From contig JAUVKW010000003.1 of the NCBI GenBank assembly GCA_030596025.1, positions 1 to 43,597 on the forward strand: a stretch of DNA of 43,597 nt, read 5' to 3'. The position numbers were made by a program, and so were the translations under genes. A model generated the notes under the pieces. The model was not told the DNA's origin, did no database searches, and worked only from the letters and a program-made list of their open reading frames with translations. Positions 28,901 to 37,559 of this stretch are shown piece by piece (the stretch's first letter is position 1; each line of letters begins with the position of its first letter). The DNA comes from Bacteroidota bacterium (GTDB taxonomy: Bacteria > Bacteroidota > Bacteroidia > Bacteroidales > VadinHA17).

Positions 28901-29225
28901 GCCGATTATCAGGTATCTTGCAGATCATCCCATTTCTAACAAGTTCTTACATAACTTTCATATAGTTGGTTTTGCAGATATTGGCACTGCATGGACCGGA
29001 TGGAATCCTTATTCAGGTGATAATTCCTATGACAAGGAGGTAATTGAAAATGGCCCAATCACCGTTACAGTTCATTCGAATAGGGAGCCTATTGTTGCAG
29101 GCTATGGCTTTGGTGCCAGGTCAACTCTTTTCGGTTATTTTGTCAGGGCCGACTATGGATGGGGAGTGGAGAATTTCCATGTGCGAAAGCCAATGTTTTA
29201 TTTTTCCTTTAGTTTAGACTTCTAA
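25950..29225 (+). CDS. Large outer-membrane protein: degenerate peptidase-like N-domain, TolB/WD40-like propeller, Omp85-like barrel
   Basis: FGKNRVQ; SPDG/HPTG/SPNG propeller repeats; MRGF motif; C-terminal FSFSLDF. Confidence 0.7.
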   Translation: MRFELRKYFLLALLLLVSFYSSGQFYNGSQMTFGKNRVQHNEFFWSFYRFERFDAYFNEYGRELADYTGRYANTKLVELEDFLDYQLDRRLILLIYNKMSDYRQSNMGLITGKDDYNLGGISTIIENKVFLYYEGDHRSYDKQITKAISYALINEMIFGSDKTRTKNSSKMELPDWYFKGLISFLSVNWDFDIENEVKDGVLTDRYNKLNRLKIEDAEIAGHSFWKFISDTYGVNIIPNVLYITKINEDFEKGLYYVLGLTLKELNKEWLIYYKEKFLEEDAKGDFPQGTKILKKPKKSRVYQQIRISPDGRNIAYVTNELGQYKVWIYDLETNKSKRIYRKEPKVEQIIDYSYPVITWHPTGKMLTMVTEEKGGLDILFYRTSTRKIERKNLLYFDKVLDISYSPNGSKLIFSAMKNGLTDLFLFDVAAGTHEQLTFDLADDLHPRYTTDGDQIVFSSNRLNDTLTFSRNYDKRIGTSYELFLYKLKNRSPVLTRLPEGKYIDKTQAYSFDDNEFLYLGDQSGIINRYHSRFDSSISYIDTSIHYRYFTNSVPLTNYSRNIIEADFANVPGMMGEVVYEKGRYYMYYDYLLKGELPEFANPETTEFRDKHTKDLHKADSIEILRQKLIEEDRRIRDTLTKPLYAYFEIDKEVDINNYVFEEEKENYYWQLLKKDNIEVDLDADVLDLPPIRIYETSFYNNYMASQVDFGFMGQSYQAFNGSGVYNNTGIGMLFNIGTNDLFEDYKIVGGFRFSGDFDSGEFLLSFEDLKKRTDKQIIFHRQSYKAWADNSTYVKIKSNQLFYSLRYPFNQVMAVKGTASIRSDRQIYLSTNTDNLYKENLHVTWANLKLEYIYDNTRYRGINFYNGTRFKIFIEAYRQIERKKSDVFIIGGDFRHYLKIHRDLIWANRFATSTSFGHNKLVYYMGAIDNWFMIFDYEKMFNRSIPVDQTQNYVFQTLATNMRGFKQNIRNGNSFALINSEIRWPIIRYLADHPISNKFLHNFHIVGFADIGTAWTGWNPYSGDNSYDKEVIENGPITVTVHSNREPIVAGYGFGARSTLFGYFVRADYGWGVENFHVRKPMFYFSFSLDF

Positions 29226-29227
29226 TT

Positions 29228-29596
29228 ATGAGTTACACAGATATTCTTATGCTTTTGCTTATTGGTCTCTTTGCCGGTACTGTTGGTGGATCTTTGGGAG
29301 TAGGAGGGGGTATTGTAATTGTTCCTGCCCTGGTTTTCTTTTTTGGTTTCAGTCAGCATTCTGCCCAGGGAACCAGTCTTGCGGTTCTTATGATTCCTGT
29401 AGCTGTCTTTGGAGCTTATAATTATTACAAGAATGGTTATGTGAATTTCAAATATGCTCTCATCATTGTTATCGCATTCGCAGTAGGACAATATTTGGGT
29501 TCGCTTTTATCTGTCAATCTCCCCGAACGTGTGCTACGTAAGGTTTTTGGAGGTTTTGTTGTACTAATGGGCCTCAGGATGATCTTCTGGAAATAA
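29228..29596 (+). CDS. TauE/SafE (TSUP) family transporter, half-size
   Basis: GVGGGIVIVPAL, QHSAQGTSLA. Confidence 0.88.
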   Translation: MSYTDILMLLLIGLFAGTVGGSLGVGGGIVIVPALVFFFGFSQHSAQGTSLAVLMIPVAVFGAYNYYKNGYVNFKYALIIVIAFAVGQYLGSLLSVNLPERVLRKVFGGFVVLMGLRMIFWK

Positions 29597-29695
29597 TAGT
29601 TAATTTTTCAAAACATTTTGTTTTAAATATTTGTATATTTGCCAGACTTTTTTGAAAGAAAGTTTTAATAATTGTTAACCAATAAATTTTAAAAA

Positions 29696-29863
29696 ATGGC
29701 TTACGTAATTAATGATGATTGTACTGCTTGCGGCACATGTGTTGATGAATGTCCGGTTGAGGCAATATCGGAAGGTGATATCTATAAAATTGATCCTGAT
29801 CTTTGCACCGATTGTGGTGCTTGTGCAGATGTATGTCCCGTTGAAGCCATTCATCCTGAATAA
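29696..29863 (+). CDS. 2[4Fe-4S] ferredoxin, 55 aa; not in the ORF track
   Basis: MAYVINDDCTACGTCVDECPVEAISEGDIYKIDPDLCTDCGACADVCPVEAIHPE, with two CxxCxxCxxxCP motifs. TATATTTG -7 box at 29634-29641. Confidence 0.97.
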   Translation: MAYVINDDCTACGTCVDECPVEAISEGDIYKIDPDLCTDCGACADVCPVEAIHPE

Positions 29864-29891
29864 GAATTTTATTTCTTTTTTAAGAAACAAG

Positions 29892-29921
29892 AAAGACCAG
29901 TCGTTAAGGCTGGTCTTTTTT
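29892..29921 (+). terminator. Intrinsic terminator after ferredoxin
   Basis: AAAGACCAGTC-GTTAA-GGCTGGTCTTTTTT. Confidence 0.75.
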
Positions 29922-30022
29922 GATTTATACAGTCGATCCTCCTGTTTTCCGAATAAGACACCCAAATGAATAATTTGTAAATCGCAATCTGGAGACTGCC
30001 AATTATGTGTATGTGGGTATAC

Positions 30023-31030
30023 TCAACTCGGATCATAATTCGAAATCATCAGTATCTTTTGATAATCTGAATCATTCATCAATTCCGGCAAACTTGTATC
30101 AGGACTGTTTTTCATGTACTTGCTTACAATTTGGAACCCCAGCCAAACTGCTGCCCTACCGGGAGACTCCCTTGGGAAGTAATTTGTAAATGGCCCTTCC
30201 CCAATAAGTTTCCTGATGGCAAGGTGATCAGTATCAAACAACAACTTATTCTCAACCAGGTAGCTCCACATTTGTTTTTCATTTTCAATACACCATTCAT
30301 ATTGCTCAGACGAAAATCCCATTATGATATGATCAGATTCATCAGGCATCATTGACTTGACAAAATAACTTAGCTTTCCCTGATAAATAATATTATTTAA
30401 AACATTGTTCCTTGCCTCGCCAAATTGAAATTCAGTGCTTCCCCAGGAATGCATACAATCTGAGGGGATTTTTTCAGGATACATATTATTTCTTATGTAC
30501 ATTGGTAAGCCAAGTCGTGGATAGTATTCGTAATCTGTTCCAAGATACCTGTCAATACCAATTCCCAGAAGATTTGTATCAATAATAATGGAGCTGTTGA
30601 AACCCGAAATAAAAGTATAAATTCCAGGAACGTTTTTTTCAGGGAAATAATACTTGTAGTGCTGAAAAGCCCGGGTCAATTTTTTTTCAAGAAAACCAAT
30701 ATTTGAAAATACTTCCTGGCTTTTTAAATATATTTCATTATTCATCCTGTTTGTTAAGAAAGCCAATAAAAATTCTTTAAAAGCCGGGTCATCCGGATTT
30801 CCAATATTGATTATATAAGAAAACAGGGAAAAGAAATGTGGGTATCTGGAATAGAGTTCCTTTGCAGACTCAGGAACATTATCCAGATTCATTTCGAAGA
30901 GTTCCTGTTCAAATCGAATAATAGATATCTCAAGATCAATTCCTGAAACAGGAATTATTAAAGAATTCCTTTTGCATCCGCTAAAAGCAAGAATAGATAA
31001 AAATAAGAGTAGAAAATATTTTTTCATCAA
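30023..31030 (-). CDS. gldB: GldB-like lipoprotein
   Basis: Lipobox FSGC; IRFEQELF, HYKYYFP, GIDRYLG, IYQGK, SPGRAAVWLGFQIV. Confidence 0.75.
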   Translation of the reverse strand: MMKKYFLLLFLSILAFSGCKRNSLIIPVSGIDLEISIIRFEQELFEMNLDNVPESAKELYSRYPHFFSLFSYIINIGNPDDPAFKEFLLAFLTNRMNNEIYLKSQEVFSNIGFLEKKLTRAFQHYKYYFPEKNVPGIYTFISGFNSSIIIDTNLLGIGIDRYLGTDYEYYPRLGLPMYIRNNMYPEKIPSDCMHSWGSTEFQFGEARNNVLNNIIYQGKLSYFVKSMMPDESDHIIMGFSSEQYEWCIENEKQMWSYLVENKLLFDTDHLAIRKLIGEGPFTNYFPRESPGRAAVWLGFQIVSKYMKNSPDTSLPELMNDSDYQKILMISNYDPS

Positions 31031-31200
31031 ACCAAAATTATTGTTGTATCAAACTCTTCACAAATTTAGTTAAGTTCATGGAAGAAATCTTTTAATGGTC
31101 AGAAAAATATTTATTCAAATCCTTTCATATTTATTAACTTTACACTAAATATTTACAAGAATATTTATTTTACTATACCTTCAGTAAATCTGTCGAAATA

Positions 31201-31920
31201 ATGATAAAAAGACATCTGCCAAATTTAAGAGGTCTGCATGATTATAAACGCTTCCCTTTCTTTTTTCTTACGATTATCCTGGTATTTCGTTTATTCCCTG
31301 CCTCTTCCCAGCAAAAAACCACATTCAGTATTGCTGCAGATCCCCATATTTCATGGTTTACAAGCGACAACAGGTACATTGAAACAAATGGAATAAAACC
31401 GGGAATTTCCTTTGGCCTGGTTGTAGACAGGTTTTTTGGTGAGAAATACGCTTTTTCCACCGGACTTTTTATGACTCATCTTGGTGGGAACCTTTCATAT
31501 TCCGATACTGTTCAAATTGGCACTTCCATAGACACAGTTACAGTTCCTGCCGGGACTATTTTAAGCTACAGGTTGCAGTATATAAGTATCCCTTTAGCTT
31601 TAAAACTGAAGACAGTAGAAATAGGATATAAAACTTTTTTTGTTGAGCTTGGCTTAAAAGCAATGATAAGAATAAATTCAAAAGCCTCTGCTCCAAATAA
31701 CCTCCTGGTGAAGGATAAAATCTCAGATGAAATTGCTTTATTTAACCTGGCTTATTCATTTGGCGGAGGTATGGAATTTTCATTAGGAGAGAATACTTCA
31801 ATTATTGGAGGTTTATATTATACAAATACTTTTCTGGATATAACTAAAGATTTGTATAATAAGCCAAAGGATTACCTGCGGGCAAGCATGATGTCGCTCA
31901 GGGTAGGAGTTTTGTTTTAA
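31201..31920 (+). CDS. Outer-membrane beta-barrel (PorT/porin-like)
   Basis: YRLQYISIPLALKLKT, amphipathic strands, terminal F. Confidence 0.7.
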   Translation: MIKRHLPNLRGLHDYKRFPFFFLTIILVFRLFPASSQQKTTFSIAADPHISWFTSDNRYIETNGIKPGISFGLVVDRFFGEKYAFSTGLFMTHLGGNLSYSDTVQIGTSIDTVTVPAGTILSYRLQYISIPLALKLKTVEIGYKTFFVELGLKAMIRINSKASAPNNLLVKDKISDEIALFNLAYSFGGGMEFSLGENTSIIGGLYYTNTFLDITKDLYNKPKDYLRASMMSLRVGVLF

Positions 31921-31941
31921 TAGAAAAAAAGGAATAAACAA

Positions 31942-33606
31942 ATGAAGATTGGGCTTGCACAATTAAACTACCAGGTTGCTCACTTTGAAAAGAATATTTC
32001 AAAAATTGTGGCTGCAATTGACGAGGCAAAAGGTCAAAATGCTGATCTTATCATTTTTTCAGAATTGTCAATTTCAGGATACCCTCCTTTAGATTTTCTG
32101 GAGCGCAAGGAGTTTGTTGATAAATGTGTACAGGGTATTGAAAAAATTGCCAGGCACTGTGTGAATATTGCTGCAATTGTAGGGGGTCCGGTGCAAAATC
32201 TGTCTCCGGAGGGTAAAAATTTGTACAATGCTGCTTATTTTCTTGAAGATGGAAAGGTAAAAAAGATTATCCTGAAAAGCTTATTACCTACCTACGATAT
32301 TTTTGATGAATATCGTTACTTTGAATCAAATAACAAATTCGAACTTGTTGATTTTAAGGGCAAAAAGCTCGCTGTAACCATTTGTGAGGACTTATGGGAC
32401 AAACAGGAGTTTGAGACCGATTTCGGAAAGAACCATCTTTATGTTGTTTCTCCGATGGATGAACTTTCCAGCTTGAATCCGGATATGATCATTAATATTG
32501 CTGCCTCTCCCTATTCTTATCATCGGGAGTCGGCAAAAAAGGAGATCTTCATAGCCAAAGCAAAGAATTATAAACTTCCGGTTTTTTATGTAAATCAAGT
32601 AGCTGCCCAAACTGAATTGATTTTTGAAGGCGGGTCTTTAGCGGTAAGTCCTTCTGGCCAGATTTTTAAAGAACTTACATTTTTTGAAGAAGAAATCAGT
32701 TTTTTTGAGTTCGATGAGGTTGTAAAGGGACGAGCGAGTGAAGACGAAGCAGAATCCAAGCTGGTTATTCAAAACATTCATGATGCCCTGATATTGGGGA
32801 TCAGAGATTATTTCTCAAAAATGAATTTCAAAAAGGCAGTCCTTGGTCTTTCCGGAGGGATTGATTCTGCAGTTTGTCTTGTACTTGCTCAAAAAGCACT
32901 GGGTGCCGGGAATATAAAAGTACTACTACTTCCTTCAGAGTATTCCTCCGATCATTCCATTATTGATTCCTTGGATTTAGTCAGGAAATTGGGGGTAGAG
33001 CATGAAATCATTTCTATTGAGAAGATAATGGGCTCATTTAAGGAAGTTCTTGATCCTGTATTTAAGGGTCTTGCTGAAGATATAACCGAAGAGAACCTGC
33101 AGGCAAGGATCAGATCAGTTCTTCTTATGGCTTTCTCAAATAAGTTCGGTAATATTTTGTTAAACACTTCCAACAAAAGTGAAGCTGCAGTAGGTTATGG
33201 TACCTTATATGGTGACATGAGCGGGGGATTGTCTGTTCTTGGAGATGTATATAAAACCGATGTTTATAACCTTGCCAGGTTAATTAACCAGGAAGAGGAA
33301 ATTATTCCCTGCAATATTATCTCAAAACCACCTTCTGCCGAACTTAAGCCAGGTCAGAAAGATAGCGATTCCTTACCCGATTATTCAGTCCTGGATCAAA
33401 TTCTATTTAGATTTATTGAACTGCAGAGAGGTTCTGAAATGATAATAAAAGAGGGCTTTGACAGAGCTCTTGTAAAAAAGATCATTAAGCTTGTTAATGC
33501 TAACGAATACAAGCGATATCAGGCCCCTCCGGTTTTGAGGATTTCTTCCAAAGCCTTCGGCTCAGGGAGACGTTTGCCCCTGGTGGCAAATTATGACTTC
33601 CTTTGA
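31942..33606 (+). CDS. nadE: Glutamine-dependent NAD+ synthetase
   Basis: Nitrilase domain (ICEDLW); LSGGIDS, ENLQARIR, NKSE...GYGTLYGD, PSAEL. Confidence 0.97.
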   Translation: MKIGLAQLNYQVAHFEKNISKIVAAIDEAKGQNADLIIFSELSISGYPPLDFLERKEFVDKCVQGIEKIARHCVNIAAIVGGPVQNLSPEGKNLYNAAYFLEDGKVKKIILKSLLPTYDIFDEYRYFESNNKFELVDFKGKKLAVTICEDLWDKQEFETDFGKNHLYVVSPMDELSSLNPDMIINIAASPYSYHRESAKKEIFIAKAKNYKLPVFYVNQVAAQTELIFEGGSLAVSPSGQIFKELTFFEEEISFFEFDEVVKGRASEDEAESKLVIQNIHDALILGIRDYFSKMNFKKAVLGLSGGIDSAVCLVLAQKALGAGNIKVLLLPSEYSSDHSIIDSLDLVRKLGVEHEIISIEKIMGSFKEVLDPVFKGLAEDITEENLQARIRSVLLMAFSNKFGNILLNTSNKSEAAVGYGTLYGDMSGGLSVLGDVYKTDVYNLARLINQEEEIIPCNIISKPPSAELKPGQKDSDSLPDYSVLDQILFRFIELQRGSEMIIKEGFDRALVKKIIKLVNANEYKRYQAPPVLRISSKAFGSGRRLPLVANYDFL

Positions 33607-33751
33607 CGTAGCTTTTATAAAAAGGTTTACTTTCTTATTCCAGGATATTTTCAGGTTTTTTCAGTACTATATATTAGTAATAATGGAATCTGTTTTGGTA
33701 TTGTTATTATAGTACGAGTTTCCTATATTTGTATGTTTTCTAACATATTTT

Positions 33752-34459
33752 ATGAACATGGGGGATTACGAATTGGAATGTGGGTTATGTTTGAGTGATG
33801 CGGATTCGATTTTTAATGTTTTAAGCGATGAGGAGAAGGAACATTTGATCAGGAATCATACCTGTGCAAACTTCAAAAAGGGGCATTTTATTTATGGAGA
33901 AGGGGATAAGCCTTCCGGTTTATTATATCTGACAAAAGGGAAAGTAAAAATATTTAAAGACGGAATTGGGGGAAGAGATCAGATTGTTAGATTGGCAAAA
34001 CCTCTGGGCTTTATTGGCTATCGGGCTCTTTTTGCAGACGAGAATTATTCTGCTTCTGCGGTAGCCCTGGAGGATGCAAGCATTTGTATAATTGATAAGG
34101 AAGCCTTATTTACTGTTCTTCAGGGGAATTCTGCCCTGTCACTTCGCCTGATGCAAAGCATGGCACTTGAACTTGGACTTTCCAATACCAGAACAGTTTC
34201 GCTTACACAAAAACATATAAGGGGCCGTCTGGCTGAATCCCTGTTTTTTCTTATAGATACATATGGATTTGAGAAAGATCAGCAAACAATCAGGGTGTAT
34301 TTGTCAAGAGAAGATATAGCCAACCTGTCAAATATGACTACTTCAAATGCAATCAGAACACTTTCTATGTTTGCCAGTGAAGCTGTAATTTCTTTGAATG
34401 GCAGAAAAATCAGAGTGCTTGACCAAACAAAACTAAAGAGAATCAGTGAACTGGGATAG
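33752..34459 (+). CDS. Crp/Fnr family transcriptional regulator
   Basis: cNMP-like domain and HTH LSREDIANLSNMTTSNAIRTLS. TATATTTG at 33724-33731. Confidence 0.92.
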   Translation: MNMGDYELECGLCLSDADSIFNVLSDEEKEHLIRNHTCANFKKGHFIYGEGDKPSGLLYLTKGKVKIFKDGIGGRDQIVRLAKPLGFIGYRALFADENYSASAVALEDASICIIDKEALFTVLQGNSALSLRLMQSMALELGLSNTRTVSLTQKHIRGRLAESLFFLIDTYGFEKDQQTIRVYLSREDIANLSNMTTSNAIRTLSMFASEAVISLNGRKIRVLDQTKLKRISELG

Positions 34460-34557
34460 TTAACAGCACCTTTATCCGGTATTGGTATTTTCAAGTATAT
34501 CCCTGGCTAATTTTTACCAACTAATCATACCATTGTACCTATAAGAATTGTTTAACA

Positions 34558-35439
34558 GTGGCCCGTTTCCTTTTTCATATAATCTATAACTTCCTGAGGC
34601 TGATCTCCTGGCTTCCACTAAGGTTTTCTTATTTTGTAGCTGATGTCTTATATTTTTTTGGCTTCTATCTTGTTCGGTACAGGAGAGAAATAAGCTCTAA
34701 AAATCTTGAGAATTCTTTCCCGGCAAAATCTCCTTCAGAACGTAAAAAGATCTCAAAAAAGTTCTACAGATATTTTTCTGACCTTATAGTAGAGGCGGTT
34801 TATTTGATTGGTATGAAGCCGGAAGAATCCCTGAAGAGATTCAGTTATAAAAATCTTTCTGTTCTGGAAGATATTTACAAAGAAGAAAAAAGCATCATTT
34901 TATTGTTTCCTCATTATGGAAATTGGGAATGGCTTGCCAATCTTGAATTGGTATCTCCCTTTCATTTCCTTGCGATTTATAAACCTTTAAGTTCTGTGTT
35001 TTTTGATAAATTATTTGTGAAGTTGAGGGAAAGGTATGGAGGAGAAACTGTTCCTATGAAAAGTTCTTTGCGGAGAATTCTTATAGGAATGGAGAAGAAA
35101 GAGCGAACTATTACCTTTTTTCTGTATGATCAGCGTCCGAGGAAAAAGGAACTACATCATTGGCTGAGTTTCATGAATCAGGAAACTCCTGTATTACTTG
35201 GGGCTGAAAAAATTGCCAGGAAAACCGGGCAAACAGTGGTTTTCTTGAAAACCACCAGGTTGAAAAGGGGATATTATGAAAATGAATTTATTAAAATTTG
35301 TGATGACCCTGCCGATTTACCAAAATTTGAAATCACAAATATATATTATCGCCTGGTTGAAAACCTGTTGAATGAAGCTCCTGAATACTGGCTATGGACT
35401 CATAATAGATGGAAATTCTCTCGAAAAAGTAATCATTAA
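34558..35439 (+). CDS. Lipid A lauroyl/myristoyl acyltransferase (LpxL/HtrB family)
   Basis: HYGNWE, YKPL, DQRP, PEYWLWTHNRWK. Confidence 0.9.
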   Translation: MARFLFHIIYNFLRLISWLPLRFSYFVADVLYFFGFYLVRYRREISSKNLENSFPAKSPSERKKISKKFYRYFSDLIVEAVYLIGMKPEESLKRFSYKNLSVLEDIYKEEKSIILLFPHYGNWEWLANLELVSPFHFLAIYKPLSSVFFDKLFVKLRERYGGETVPMKSSLRRILIGMEKKERTITFFLYDQRPRKKELHHWLSFMNQETPVLLGAEKIARKTGQTVVFLKTTRLKRGYYENEFIKICDDPADLPKFEITNIYYRLVENLLNEAPEYWLWTHNRWKFSRKSNH

Positions 35440-35597
35440 TTCGCTTTATCCCAATCCAAAAGCCTTTCAGGGTCTTTCCTTACTTTTTCAAAACATTCCT
35501 TTACCAATTTTCTGTTTTTCGAGTATCCACGAAACAGTAATGATATCAAAGATCTAAACTGTTTCGGGTGTAAAGATTGCTTCTTGCAACCAACCAT
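35436..35597 (-). pseudogene. Possible remnant of an addiction-module antitoxin-like gene (53-aa ORF)
   Basis: C-terminus KLVKECFEKVRKDPERLLDWDKAN resembles small addiction-module components; the N-terminus does not. Confidence 0.3.
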
Positions 35598-35768
35598 TCA
35601 CTGAGTATGCGAAATGAATGGTTATAAGCTGCTGTCTGTAGCCCTTTGGGAGCAAGTAGCCTGCAGCCAGCGAGTTATTCCCTCCCACAGCCTGGCCCAT
35701 ACCTCCACCGGAGGTATTGAAAAGACAGTGTAAACAAATACCAGGAGAGATATTCAGTTAAGAATGAA

Positions 35769-36548
35769 TTACAATTTTACCTGTTGAAGATATTCTTCAA
35801 ACAATAGTACCTTCTTAATATCTTTCATATTGATCAGAAAAGGACGTACATCACTGGACATTTCTTCCATGTTAATTTCCTCCATTCTTCCCAGTATAGA
35901 ATTTTTCAACTGAACTCCATTAGAGATGGAAGCTTTTGAATTAAGAAAATCATAATTCGGACTTATATTTTTACTTAGCAAAAATATAACATCATAAAAA
36001 TCCCTCCCTTTACTTTGTTCTCTTTCCAGAATGGTTAAGAATTTCTGTGCCAAAAGTATGTCAGGAGGAGTGACTTTAATCTCAGTAAAAACATCAAATT
36101 TATTTATAAGGTATGATTCTGCTTGAAAATCAAAATGCTGAGCTTCAGTGTCAAGCCTTATCAATATCTTTTCTTCCTGGTGCCCTGATAATTTATAGTT
36201 ATAAAGTATTTTTGGAAATCTTATATAACAATGATAAGCTCCACGTTTAACATTACGAAATTCAACCTGGTAGCCTTCTAGTTGTAATCCGTTTTGTATG
36301 GATATAGTGACTTCCGTGAACACATCAGTTGTAATATTGAAATTATCAAAATCAAGATCCTCAGAGAACCTGTTATTGTCATGAACAATCCTAAGAGCTG
36401 TACCTCCAATAAAAGCAAACTGATTTGCATATTCACTCTCAAATAATATTTCCAGTATCTTATACTGCAGGTACTCTCTGAGCATAAATCGCTCAAAACC
36501 CTTTAAATTATCAGGGTAATACTGCTTTATTTGATCAAGATTAAGCAT
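35769..36548 (-). CDS. AbiEii/AbiGii-family nucleotidyltransferase toxin
   Basis: REYLQ, FIGGTALRI, RFSEDLDF, K...RDFYD. Confidence 0.92.
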   Translation of the reverse strand: MLNLDQIKQYYPDNLKGFERFMLREYLQYKILEILFESEYANQFAFIGGTALRIVHDNNRFSEDLDFDNFNITTDVFTEVTISIQNGLQLEGYQVEFRNVKRGAYHCYIRFPKILYNYKLSGHQEEKILIRLDTEAQHFDFQAESYLINKFDVFTEIKVTPPDILLAQKFLTILEREQSKGRDFYDVIFLLSKNISPNYDFLNSKASISNGVQLKNSILGRMEEINMEEMSSDVRPFLINMKDIKKVLLFEEYLQQVKL

Positions 36549-37152
36549 CTAAGTAATCAATAAACAGTTTTACTCGAGAGTCCATTATTTTTGAACTAAA
36601 TACGGATAAATAATCCAGCATTTTATCCTTCAGAATTATTTCATTAGCGACCACTTGATTCAACCTGAGAGCATCTAATGATTTTTTATCATTTATCTTG
36701 TTAAAATAGAAGAAATCTAAAATTGCTTTTTCAGCTTCTGCCAACTTAATATTGTATTCCCCAAATTGTATCAATCGGTAACCAAAGAATAATTCTTGTT
36801 TAATGGTCTGGTACTGATAATTCCCCAGAGGAGTTTCAAAGAGCATAGTTTTCCTTGTTGATACTGAAGTATTGAGGAAAGCAGCTTCTGGAATCAAATT
36901 GTAATAAGACAAGGCTGTTGCCATTGAAATATAGGAGGGTTTATATATTTTATTTGAGATATGCATCAGAAAATTATCATTGATATCTTTCTCCTGAAAA
37001 TAATAATAACCGTTACGTATCTTTTTAATATAGTTCTTTGCCTGCCACTCGACTAATCTTTTTCGATCAAATCCGGATGTAACTTTCTTAATGTCAGAAT
37101 ATGAGAATACAGGAAATGCTGACAATGCCTTCCTAAATTCAATAAAATTCAT
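36541..37152 (-). CDS. AbiEi-family type IV antitoxin (wHTH)
   Basis: KIRNGYY, PSYISMATALSYYNLIPE, AEAEKAILD. Overlaps the toxin start. ATG 37152 is preferred. Confidence 0.88.
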   Translation of the reverse strand: MNFIEFRKALSAFPVFSYSDIKKVTSGFDRKRLVEWQAKNYIKKIRNGYYYFQEKDINDNFLMHISNKIYKPSYISMATALSYYNLIPEAAFLNTSVSTRKTMLFETPLGNYQYQTIKQELFFGYRLIQFGEYNIKLAEAEKAILDFFYFNKINDKKSLDALRLNQVVANEIILKDKMLDYLSVFSSKIMDSRVKLFIDYLDA

Positions 37153-37162
37153 GATATTTCTA

Positions 37163-37214
37163 TTTGTTGCTAAATATAACAACAAAAAGCAATAAAAACA
37201 AATACGATTTGTTT
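37163..37214. promoter_or_regulatory. Two inverted repeats upstream of abiEi (putative operator)
   Basis: TTTGTTGCTA-AATA-TAACAACAAA (37163-37186) and AAACAAAT-ACG-ATTTGTTT (37196-37214). Confidence 0.55.
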
Positions 37215-37316
37215 GAAATTTGAGTATAGAGGAATGATTCAGTTAACAAGTGTGCTATTACCTAATTTTCATGTCAAAACAGCTATCTTTGGATAAGAAG
37301 TGTTCTTTGAAAACAC

Positions 37317-37427
37317 TGGTTTGATTACGGGGCCAGGATGTACGATCCTAGTTTGGGGAGGTGGTTTGTTCCAGATCCATTACAGCAGTTTCATAGCCTC
37401 TATGATTAGACTGCAAATAATATTTAA
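37317..37427 (+). pseudogene. Relic of an RHS repeat-associated core domain
   Basis: Frame from 37317 reads [35 protein letters not shown]. Confidence 0.85.
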
Positions 37428-37455
37428 AGCTATAAATATTTGGCATATTCGGAAC

Positions 37456-37488
37456 ACTCGTCTGGCCACTTTAAGTGGTCTGACGAGT
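37456..37488. repeat. REP-like hairpin
   Basis: ACTCGTC-T-GGCCACTT-T-AAGTGGTC-T-GACGAGT. Confidence 0.6.
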
Positions 37489-37559
37489 AGAAAATAATTA
37501 GGTTTTACTGTAAAATGGAATTTCTATTTTGATACCTCGATAGCTTGCTGCGAGAATGT

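Noticed and set aside
29675-29969. ORFs 29675-29965 (-) and 29712-29969 (+)
   Set aside because: Shadows of the ferredoxin gene in other frames.
30023-31030. Evidence of gliding motility from gldB
   Set aside because: A lone GldB-like lipoprotein without gldC or motor genes in the window does not show motility.
37300-37497. 65-aa [16 protein letters not shown]...
   Set aside because: Alternate-frame reading of the Rhs relic.
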